A DNA stretch of 64,000 nucleotides from Monocercomonoides exilis PA203 (taxonomy: Eukaryota > Protista > Preaxostyla): assembly GCA_001643675.2 (NCBI GenBank), contig LSRY02000002.1, positions 2,294,001-2,358,000 of the forward strand, given 5' to 3'. The notes under the pieces were generated by a model. It saw nothing but the letters and a program-made list of their open reading frames with translations, ran no database searches and was not told where the DNA came from. How positions within the stretch are numbered: position 1 is the first letter of the stretch; each line of letters begins with the position of its first letter. Of the stretch, positions 1 to 10,578 are shown piece after piece. The translations under genes were made by a program, and so were the position numbers.

Positions 1-2662
1 GGCTTTAGCTTCTCCTTCGATCACAACCCATTCGTAGTCTTCTGTGTCTGCTTCTCCTTTCTTCATTCTCTCCTCTCTTTCTTTCTGCTTCTGTCTGGTT
101 TCTTCAATAACTTTCAATGGCTCGCCAAGAACAACGTCACTTCCCTCATACATTGAAAGGAATGACTTCTTCTCTACGGCTTCTTCCAATGTCAAAATAG
201 CTGGCAGAACTTCATACTCCACCTTAACAAGTGTAGCTGCGTATTCTGCGATCTGAGGAGTGTCAGCAAGAATGAGACCAATTGGCTGGTGCATACATTC
301 CACAATCTCATCTGCAAATATTTTTGTGTCCATCACAATTCCTGTGTGCTTGTTCTCTCCAGGAATATCCTTTGCTGTCACAATATCCACAACACCTGGG
401 ATTTTCATGGCTTCACTTCCGTCGATCTTCAGTATCTTTCCGTGTGCAACGGTTGAGAGGATGAATTCAGCGTACAATCCACGTGGTGGCAGAGGCACAT
501 CAACTGTAAATTGGGTCATACCAGTTGCGTGTGATTGGAGATGCATGTTGGACATTGGTTTTCCTATTAAAGTGTCAACTTTCTCGTAATCGAATGAGTA
601 CTTTTGCAATTCATTGCGATAGCGGGTCTGTAATGGCTCCAGCTCCAACGGCTTTTCATCAACGGTCGATGGGCACGGTGAAGCCAATGCACTTCCTGAT
701 GCGCTTTCCTTTTCGCATTTTTTGGGAACAATAGCTTTCAATGTGATTCCCAAGTGATGAGACATGTTGTAAGCGAACCGATTCAACGCTCCAGGCGCTG
801 CGATGGTGATGTAACGCTTTGTAAGCCAAGTAGTGGGCAAAGGAGGACGAGATTCGTTGAGCTTCTCGCAGGCTGCTTTGTAGGCAGCGTCTGTCGAGGC
901 TTCTGTTGGCATTCCAGTCAACAAAATAGTCTCAATTTCTTTCTTCATCACTTCCTTAGCTGCAATGATTGCTTCTGAAGAAAGCTGTGGTGCCTTCTTT
1001 AAGCATTCAGCTGTTCCTTCCAGACGATGGATTACGCAGAGAGGGCGTTTTGTCTTCACTGCCATAACAATGTCAGCTTCGGATGGAGTCGATGATGAGG
1101 ATGCAGAAGATGACGCACTTTCGACTGCCAATTGAGATTTTCCTTCTGGTTTGAATGCTGCTGTGAATGACTTTGTTGTCTCTCTATCAGCGTTACCTCT
1201 TCCGTCAGAGACTGTCAATGCAACATCTGAGAACTTCCATTCGCCTTTTGAGGCTTCTTCCAAAGTTGCCTTCATAACGACTAACATTAGCGATGCAGCA
1301 TTATCCTTTCTACGAGAAACAAGAAGGGCATCTGTGAACTGTTTCTTTGTAGCGCTTTCGTCGACACTGTTAATGCGCAATGTTGCACCAGTGATGAATT
1401 GCTTTCCGTGATTGTTGCAATCCATCACGCAGCATGTTGTAGCTTCGTATGGGGCTGCCTTATCACCCATCGAGCCGCAGCAGCTGCATTTGTCTGTCAG
1501 TGGCGTCCGTTGTGATGTTTTGCCTTCAACATCCTCCAACTGAATTGATATTCCAAGAGATACGAGAAGAGCACTCATTTCGCTCATAGACAGCAATTCT
1601 CCAGCAACAGTTGAAACGCATCTGATCTGCTTCGATCTCAAACGAGGAAGAATATCAGCCAACGTGCGAAGTGGATTGTGAGTGTTTGCTATTCATATGT
1701 TTAAAAATTGTGTATAAGCGGAGAGTAAACAAATGAAAAATAGCAATTTATAAATGAATATAAATTTATGAAATAATGAAATTATTCATCAAACGTGTTT
1801 TTGAAGTCTGTGCACGTGCATATTCGAGCAATGTCTGTACGGGAACGGCAGCTCCAATGTGCAATACTCCGTCCTTTTCCGTAATCTCTGAAAGTTCTGC
1901 AATTGATGCAGTGCTTATAATTGTACGTTTCGTGAGATAATCACGGAAAATTTGATTTGAATTTGTCGCACCTCCAAGAATCAAAGCATCTGGATGTGCC
2001 TTCCACAATGCGCGAAATTCGTTAAGTGATTTAGGTTTGAAGAATTCCCATAGTGAACCTTTAATGTGCAATGATTGCTTGCTTAACTCTACGAGTTCGT
2101 CAGGAAACTTTGGAATTTCCAGTTGTGGAGGTTTTGGTCCTTCTTCTGTAAAATAGTCTTTCAAACTTTGAAATATTGGACGGTATCCTGTGCAACGGCA
2201 TGTATGTCCACCAAGAGTCTCCTCTATATCTCCAACTGTTGGAGGTGGAAGTCCCTCTAATTGATGCTTTTCGAATAGAGCTGTTGTCGACATGATTGTA
2301 CCGGGCAAGCAAAATCCACATTGAGCACCATCGTGCTTTACAAATGATTCCTGAACCGGAGTTAATTTTTGATTTAAAGCCGTATTCTTCCCTTCAATTG
2401 TGTATATCGCGCAACCATGGCAATAAATCAAAGGAAATTGGCAAGATTTTATTGCGGTAATATACGGCTTGGCTTTATTCTCGTCATAGTACATCATTAA
2501 AATTGTGCAGGCTCCGCAAACACCACTCCCACAGCTTTCTTTGGTTCCTGTGAGACCAACTTCAGGGTTCCTTAAATATTGTAATAAAGTTGTGTTTGGC
2601 TCAAATGAATTCAACGTAACTTTGTTGCCATTCAAATAAAACACCAATGAATTTGATTCCAT
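1..2662 (-). CDS. XDH: Xanthine dehydrogenase/aldehyde oxidase family molybdo-flavoprotein; 3' end runs off the window
   Basis: Exon 1 (2662..1795) has both 2Fe-2S motifs (GTKESCGSGVCGACT...SC; QCGFCLPG...CRCTGY). The intron 1794..1689 (GTTTGA...TAG) joins in frame to exon 2 (1688..1), which is open to the edge: RSKQIRCVSTVAGEL (FAD domain), then IGKPMSNMHLQSHATGMTQFTVDVP / ILSTVAHGKILKID / DIVTAKDIPG (start of the Moco hammerhead domain). XDH versus AO cannot be decided because the active-site residues are outside the window. Confidence 0.9.
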
Positions 2663-2947
2663 TATGAATCAGCAAAAGTATAACAACACAAAAATGTGGA
2701 ACTCAATATATGGGATAAATATTGGAAACACAATATATTTTCTTTATATATAAGCTTTGTTGTTTTCAATATGTGAACAATAACCAATGCAAACCTGAAC
2801 ATGATCCTCAATACCATATACCGGTCATATTCAAGATAAAAGATCAAACCGTTGGAGCACCCATTTAATTATTTATTTCAAATTTTCACACTTTCTTAAA
2901 CTTTCGTTGCTTTATATTTTAAAGCAATAAGCAAAAAAGAAGATATT

Positions 2948-4215
2948 ATGGAGGACCAAAGCGTTAACGCAACTGTAAATGAGGGAGCTGCACAACCTAT
3001 TTCCGAAGAGAGTGCAAAATCAGACGATGTTCATGAATATGATCAATCAACAGAAAAAAGCCAACAAAATGCAGAGGAGCCTAATCAACAATACGACGAG
3101 CAATTCGAACAAGCAGTAGCAGATGATCAGGAGAAAAAAGAATCTGAAAGTGTTGATACCAGAGAATTTAAGCCTTCAAGCGATTCAAAACAAGAAGGAA
3201 GTCTGGGGGAATCTCAAGCAGAAAATAGTAATTACGTGGAACAAAGAAAGGAGGATTCTGGAGCTTATGAATCGCAGGAATCATCTCAACCACTTTCTTT
3301 AACTCAAGCAACCGAACCAGAAAAATCTTCATCTCCCGGACTTACTCGTTCAGAATCGCGAGAAAGCCAAAGGCGTACAAGCAGACGTTCTTCTCAAGAT
3401 GCTTCACCACGGCGTGGAAGGGATTCGTCACGTGGAAGTGAAACAATGCGATCTTCTCGAGCAATGGGAAGCACAGGACGCTCACGTTCTGGATCAACTT
3501 CAAGGTCTCGCTCAAGGTCACGCAGTCGACATGGTGCAACAAGGAATTTTATTGATCCAACGGATCCATCGTTTGTTTTGTTTTCTTCAAATGAATTTTT
3601 TTTTCAATTAATTTTTTTCTGAAATTATAATATATCTTTTGAATAACACAGTTTCGAGCATGTTGTAGATAAATATGCACGGTCACCTGGGCCTGTGTAC
3701 GATACTGGAAAAGAGCAAGATGCACTTCTGCGTCGATCATACAACGCTCACATTGGTACGGAATCAAGGGAGAAATTCTTTGCATTGCCAACATTATCTC
3801 CTGGACCTGCTTATAATCCAGATGAAAAGAAGTCATCCAGTCATCCTGCGTCTCCTCGTGCAACCATTGGTCGAGCTCCAAAGAGATCTGCGCTTATGCG
3901 TGATACAGCCGGGCCTGAAGGACCTCCACCCACTCTTCCACCAATTGAGCTCACTCACAAACACAATTTTGTTGCTACAATTGGGAAGGCCAAGAGAGGA
4001 GGTGATGACAGAGAAAAAACTCCTGGCCCTGGAGATTATGCAACCTACAATCGTATGCAGGATAATTGTAATTTTTTAATAATAAAAATAAATATTTTTA
4101 ATTTTTTGGATCACTTTTTCTTTTTTCCTTTTTCCTTTTAGCACCAAAGCCTTCCAGCAAGAGAGGCACATTCAGCGGACAGGAGCGTGGCTCAGGGAAT
4201 TGGATATTTAAGTAA
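2948..4215 (+). CDS. SHIPPO/ODF3-like (sperm-tail PG-rich repeat) axonemal protein with acidic and RS-rich N-terminus, 3 exons
   Basis: Exons 2948..3570, 3652..4052 and 4142..4215 join in frame through GT-AG introns 3571..3651 and 4053..4141. Repeats SPGPVYD, SPGPAYN, TAGPEG and TPGPGDY are separated by H/T-I-G-x-(A/E)-x-R motifs typical of SHIPPO repeats. Confidence 0.7.
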
Positions 4216-4576
4216 TCACCACATTGCCCAACTTTTTATTCACACTATTTGAGACTGTAATTATTCGTTTTTGTTCTTTTGGGTTCGCTATGATCCCCTT
4301 TTTTTCTCTGTACTTCCTCGTAAGTTTGCTTTAAAGGTGATCGTTTTTGTCATCTTCACTTCAACTCAAATCATGTCATCACAAATTATTATTGAGGAGG
4401 AAGAGTTATGTTAATGAGTTAATCGAGATGGTGATTTGATTGACATGTCATTGGCCTTAATTAACACAAAGCGACAGCTTTTGTTAATAAATAATTTTTA
4501 TAAAACAGAAAAATATTTAAAAAATGAAACATAAAAAGTGAAATGTCTCGAAATGAATTTTTTAAAAAAAGTGTTT

Positions 4577-7500
4577 CTAAATTTGTGCTTTCGCCCATCC
4601 AATCAAGCTTGGCGGGAAGATCTGGCTGAGAGACGGAAGAGCTGCAACCAGTTCGTCATTCGAATTGCACAGCAGCTTCAGTGGTGAGTGCATTGGATCG
4701 TCAACTTCCATCAAGCCAGCCCCTTTCCTCTGAACTTTTGCATCGACCATTTGCATCACAGACGATCTTGAAAGGGCAGATTTTGAAGAGCCAGCATTTG
4801 CTGCAGCTAATCTCTGAGCAGAAGCAGCAGAGGAATATGAGGATGTGTCTGTTGTGATGAATCCTTCATCCAGCAGCTCGTTGAAGGTCTCAATGAACTC
4901 CTCTCGCTCACACTGCACAAGATGCCTTTGGCGCTCCGAATCAAAAAGTGCCCAAATTTCTTCAACGTCGCTCAGCCGCTTCATTCCGTCGGGTGTCATC
5001 GCATCGAACGAGCGGGTGTCCTTTGTCAGACGCAGCAGACAGAACAGAATGACAATCGCTGTCTGCGACAGAGACTCAAATCTTGTAGGTGGAGGAGGAA
5101 GTTGTGAATGGGGATTGGATGTTTGGAAAGGTGCAGATGAATCTGGTTTCAAAGAAGAAGATGATGATGATGATGATGACGACTGTTTGAGAAGTGCAGA
5201 ATTAAGTGAAGTGGAGTATTGTTGTGTTGAGGATGATTTGGGAAGGCTGGTGGGAGGAAGGCGAAGTGAAGGAGCAAATGCGAATGAAGAAGACGAAGAA
5301 TCGCTCAAGTTGAACTTTGCCGAAGGAACCTTCAAACGAGCTGCAGGGCCGAACTGAGGAGCAGAATACAATGAAATGGTTGGAATGACATCCTTTTGGA
5401 AGGAAACGGTGTGTGATTGGCGTGCAAGGCAGTTCATCAGACTCAGTTTCTGCAAATGGAAAAGTCAAATTTTGAAGTGGAAAAAAATGAAAGAAATTTG
5501 AAATTTTAAATGTGAGGAATACCATTATTTGCTGAAGCAAGTGGATTGAAGCTGAAGCATAGAAGAAGTTAAGCATTGACTGTTGAAACTGAGCAACACG
5601 GAAAAGATTCTATTGAAATGTTAAAAAAAATGAAATCATGCAAACAAATTCGAAATCAAATTTAAAAGCTGATAAGATTCAGATTAATATGGCATGCCAT
5701 TATCGAATTGTTATATGAATAAACATCTGTCAGCATTTCATCAACAGCCATCGCAACATCGTCTGAAGGCGCAGTAAATGAAGGCTCCAAATCCTGCAAA
5801 TAATTTGGTGTTGCGCTCTTCTTCGATGACTGTGTGATTTGCTTGTCTTCACTTGAGGCACTTTCAGATGACACATCAGAAGAAGAAGGAGAAGAGAAAT
5901 ACGACGAGCGATACGGCTGAAGCGTCTGAGAAGCAGAAGAAGAAGGAATTTGGACAGCTGCCTTTGGCTTTGTGGTTGTGGTTGATGTCTTTGCTTGGCT
6001 GTTCATCTTCTTTTGAGACTTCTTTTTGAGCAAACACGAAACACATTGGCAGCCTCTCTCCAGCAACGGAATGATCGAGTTGTTGATTGAGGACTCATCC
6101 AAATCAAACAGCGGACCATATTTCTTCAGTTCTTCATTGTCTTCCTCTTTTTCTTCTTCTTCTTCTTTGCTTGTATTTTTCTCCAAGTTTGTGTCAGCAT
6201 ACAGAGCAACAGGTGCTTCTTCTTTCACTTTCTCTCTTTCATTCAATCGTTCCTTTTTTCTTCTATCATTCTCCCTCTTCATCTCCTTCACTCTGTTCCA
6301 CATCGCCTTCCACGCCTTTGGTAAGCAGATCAAGCACTGACTTCTCAAATGCTGCATGCAGTCAACAAAACCTCCATTCCTCCAGCCACGAAGAATCTTT
6401 CCGCTGAAACGAGACTGAACACGCTGCTCAAAACGAGAGGAAACATCCTGAGAGGGGGAAATAATAGGTTATGATTCAATGAATAAAAAAATAAATGTTA
6501 CAGACAAAAAAGCGAAAGTCAAGAATTATGACAAAAAATTATACAATTTGATGTAAACTCTTTCTTTAAATAATTCGTTTCTCACAAAAAAAGCATCTTT
6601 TATTTGTTAACATATTCAAAATTCCCACTCATCCACCATAACATCAACAACATCCATACCTCACTCATTGTCCCCACCAAAACAGCGCCTGGTGTGAATG
6701 TCTGTGCGAAGTCGAGGATGCCATAGAGCAGCAGCTGAGACGGGTCGAGTGCCATCCACTGGTCTAAGTGCAGCAGGACAAACAGCAGTGGACGGTTTCG
6801 AGGAGCAAACAGACGCAAAAGATGCGGAATCGAACGAGGCATCACAGAAAGTGAGGGCATTGCAGACAAATCAGAAGATGTGGATGGGCGAGATTGGGAT
6901 GTGTTTGTGGATGATTGGCACAAAAAGGGAAGAACAGAAGGATATTCTCTTTTTGTGGGTTCCTCGTTCGCTTTTTGAGTGAACGACACGACGCTCGAAG
7001 AAGACGATTGACTGTTGTCGTCTTCTTTGTTTGCTGTATCTTCTCCTCCTGAAGAGATGTTCAGCTCTTTCAGTCTCATTTCTCTTCTTCTTTCTCTCTC
7101 AACTTCTCTTTCCCTCTGCCTCCTTCGCAGCTGAGCAATGATTTCAGCATAAGCTGCAGAAGGTCCACTCAAAATAGCACCGTCGAGCCAGACGACGTCA
7201 AAAGGACAGTCAGAAACAGACAGCAGCTGTCTGCTGGAGGAAGGGAAGGATTGTGTGAGAGAAGCATTTGAAGTGTTTGTGTGTGTGGATGATGAATGAG
7301 AAGGTGCGGGAGCAAACAGAGGATTCGTCATGATGCTGTCTGTCTGCTGGAGCAGTGCTTTAAGAGGTGGGATTTGCGACTGCAATGGCTGGCTTAATTG
7401 TTTGATTGTCGATGAAGCAGAGTTGTCTGTAGTGTTCAATGAAAATGCTTCTTCTTTCTCTGAATGAATTGCATCTGATATTTCTGTCCCTTCAATTTGA

Positions 7501-10023
7501 AGCTTGTTTGTAGTTTCTCCTTTTTCTTTGTTCATTTTTTCGCTGTAATTCTTCAAAAGCTTGCTGAATAGCTCATCTCCATTAAGTTTTGTTCGTTGCT
7601 GCTTTGTTGAACTTCCTTCTGTTATGTCGCTTTCTTCTTCGCCTTTCCCTTCACCCATCAACATCTCAACAAGCTGCCCTGCAAATTCTTTTCTTTCCTC
7701 TCGTTTCTGCGCTTTTTCTGCCAATTTCCTCATCTTTCGCGACAAAACTGCTTTTTTCCTGCGATTTTTTGCTTCTGGTTCTGAACTTTCTTCGGATGTG
7801 GGCTCGATATCATCATCGTCTTCCTCTTCTTCATCAATTTCTTCTTCTTCTTGTGATGCTTCGTGTTCGAGTTCTGAGTCTGTTTCAAATTCTGCTTCAT
7901 CTTCTCCTTCTTCTTGTTCTTCCTCGTCTTCTCCGGGAACATATTCACTCTCTTCTTCATCGTCTTCTCCTGTCTCCGACTTTCTCTTTCTTCCTCTCTT
8001 CTTCCCATTCTTCCCCTTTCTCTTCGTTCTATTGTTATTTGTTTGACTTCTGAGCTGTCTAGCTCTTCTTTTGGCTGCATCGTTCACAACTTTCATTTCT
8101 GTCCCATCTTCTGCTATGATAAACAAATCATCATCTTCTTCATTAACATCCATCTCGTTAATAGCATTTGCTTCTTCTTCCTCTTCCTCCTCCTCCTCTT
8201 TTTCTTCTTCTTCTTCATTTGATTTTCCTTCCTCTTCACTTTCATCTGTATCTATATTATTCTCGTTATCATTCTCGTCTTTCTCTTGTTTATCTGCTTC
8301 ATCAGTTTCATTTTCATTCTCTTCATTTGTCAAACATTTTCTCTTTCGCCCTCTTTTTTTGTTTGTTGAGCTTTGTTTTGTGTTCCCCTTTGCCTTTCTT
8401 CCTCTTCTCTTCTTTGGTTTTTCATTCTTTTCTCCAGATCCTTCTCCATCTTCTCCTTTTCTTTCTCTTCTGCCTCTTTTCTCATTCTGTCCATCATCCG
8501 TATCAGCAGCACCAGCATCCTCGTCTTCTTCGTCTTCTTCCAATCCATCGCTTTCTTCTGTCGATGACTCGTCATACATATACAGCGGAACTTGCACTCT
8601 TCGCAGAACCATCTGCGCCTCTCCAACCACACGCCCCATGCTCGACGGTGATACTATCATTGAAAATTTGTTTTTTCTGAAGAAAGATATGAATTTATTA
8701 GTTACGAAGTTAAGTGTTGTAATAACCAAATGTTTTTTTAAAAAAAAGGAAAGAAAGAATTAGAAATTAAAAATATATTCAATAAAAAATGCACAAACGA
8801 TTTCTTTGATCCAGAAAGAGCAACTTCTGTTCCATCTGACCTAATTTCCACAATTTCAACGTCATCATCGTCGTCTTCGTCTTCTTCCTCCTCCTCATTG
8901 TTATCAATTGAACCATTCAAGGCTTTCAACTCTTCTTTGCCTTTCCTTCCTCTTCTGCCTTTCGACTTCATTTCTTCCTTTTCCTTCTCTTCCTCTTCGC
9001 CTTTCTGTTCAGCCACATCCTCTTCTGGTTTGATTTTCTTTGGTCTTCCTCGAGACCTCTTTTTTTGTGCCATTTCTTCAATTTTCATTTCTGCAGCACA
9101 TTCTGCAACTCGTTCAGTTGTGGTTTTAATTTCATCGGTACTTGAAGAACCTTTTTCTTCCAGTTCTCTCTTCATTTTTCGTGTCATGACAATAAAATCT
9201 GTTTTAGTTGGTGTCGTTTTGTTGTTGGCTGGAGTTTCTTCTGGTTTGAGCATTTGTTGTGTATTTGGTAATTCTCTTGGCTTGCATTTTGGTGTTTCGA
9301 ATCTTTCTTCCATATTTTTTTCTGAGTTTATATCTAAATTTAATGATAAGCTGGATCCAGGTTCGGCTGATATTCCAGATGAAAACTGAACTAATTCAAT
9401 TTTTTGTGTTGAATCATTTGAAGAAGAATAAGGTTGTATTTGAGTGACAATGGGAAATCTCAACTTTTGTGGAGTAAATGGTTGTCGATAAGGCGATCTA
9501 AGAGGAGTTGATAAAGACATTGAAAAGCCTTTTGAAGGGGTTCCAAATTTAGCTGCTTCATATTATGAAAATTATAAAGATGCAAAGCATCATGAACATC
9601 ATTAAAAATGAACAAACAATTCTTTGCATTGAAGTCATGAAGATCATATTTTTTTGATATTACAAGAGAAGGTGAAGATATTGGAGTCTGCTCTGATGCA
9701 AGCTCAAACATTGCGTTTCTAGTTTTTAATTCAAAAAATATATAAAAATAGCGTTTAAAATCAATATTCACACATAATAAGAGATTTCTTTCCAGATTGA
9801 GGGGGTCCATGAAGTAATATTCCTCCTCCTCCTCCGCAAGAAGTGACATTTTTAAAATATTCCAAAAGAGCTCTGAAAAAATAATAAAAATTTTTCAAAT
9901 TTTTCATGAAACAGACCGATAATGATGATCCAATCCAAGTAAATGTATTCCTTTTTCAATTTCTTCAATGCGAATTTGTATCAAATTTTGTACAAACAAT
10001 TTTTGACAATTTTTTTGTGACAT
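4577..10023 (-). CDS. ORC4: Origin recognition complex subunit 4, greatly expanded (~1586 aa, 8 exons)
   Basis: Hand-spliced exons 10023..9917, 9872..9774, 9718..9618, 9552..8799, 8676..6660, 6447..5725, 5609..5523 and 5449..4577 total 4761 nt, all GT-AG and in frame. ORC4 landmarks occur in order: LLGLDHHYRALLEYF; ILLHGPPQSGKKSLIINAMFEL (Walker A); FDVVWLDG...AYAEIIAQL; PLLFVLLHLDQW...SQLLLYGILDFAQ (Walker B region); FEQRVQSRFS (Arg finger); and C-terminal winged helix SLSQTAIVILFCL...FIETFNELLDEGFI. Confidence 0.85.
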
Positions 10024-10310
10024 TTAATTATTAAATGAAATATTAGCTCGCAAGTATGGTTTAGTTCCTTCATTTATGATTTCTTTAGAAGTACAAAAAT
10101 CAATAAATGTGTTTTTTTGTTACATAATGATATGTTGTTTTTTATTTATGTTTCAATGATAATTCTATATAGAGAGATAGTGAATATTTTCTTATCGTTA
10201 AAATAATTATTAACAAAAATATAAAATAAAAGCAATGTGAAATAAATTTTCAGAAATTTTTTCTTTATGACTTTATAGAGTTTTGTGAATAATAGATATT
10301 TTTTCATTTA

Positions 10311-10323
10311 TCTCTCTCTCTCT

Positions 10324-10356
<33 letters not shown>
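10311..10356 (+). repeat. (TC)n microsatellite fused to a long poly(T) tract
   Basis: Direct reading: tctctctc... followed by an uninterrupted T run of close to 30 nt, between the ORC4 start codon and the transposon's left end. Confidence 0.9.
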
Positions 10357-10357
<1 letters not shown>

Positions 10358-10540
10358 GATAGAGTAACATGAACTGAAATCGAAAAGTTTACAATAATTT
10401 CAAGAAAATTTTGTGGTTCACAATTTTTATTTGAATATGCGAAAAAAATATTAATGAGATGATTTTTCATTTGTTAAGTTGAAATTATTAAAAAAAACAG
10501 GACTTTTTTCTGTGTGTTGAATTTCAAAAAGGTCTAATAG

Positions 10541-10578
10541 TGATGTGGCAAACCCGCACATTTGCATAAACCCGCACA
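10541..10578 (+). repeat. Left terminal inverted repeat of the transposon
   Basis: TGATGTGGC-AAACCCGCACA-TTTGCAT-AAACCCGCACA, with two direct copies of AAACCCGCACA. Confidence 0.85.

Noticed and set aside
7280-8670. SPSSMGR or APSHSSST as a degenerate ORC4 Walker A
   Set aside because: A much better Walker A in the right context (ILLHGPPQSGKK) lies in the short exon 9872..9774.
4845-9389. Long antisense Ser/Phe/Leu-rich ORFs opposite ORC4, and similar ones opposite ECD, the giant gene and the Ser-rich gene
   Set aside because: Shadow frames of GAA/GAT/TCT-rich low-complexity coding sequence, with no independent motifs.
9460-9849. 129-aa ORF as an independent gene overlapping the next ORF
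   Set aside because: It is a mosaic of ORC4 exon 2 (wrong frame), two introns, exon 3 (right frame) and the start of exon 4 (wrong frame).
10328-10356. Poly(T) as the tail of a retroposed element
   Set aside because: No recognisable SINE/LINE body or target-site duplication next to it.
10550-10578. CRISPR-like direct repeats
   Set aside because: Only two 11-bp copies 7 bp apart, mirrored 4.6 kb away. These are TIR sub-repeats in eukaryotic DNA.
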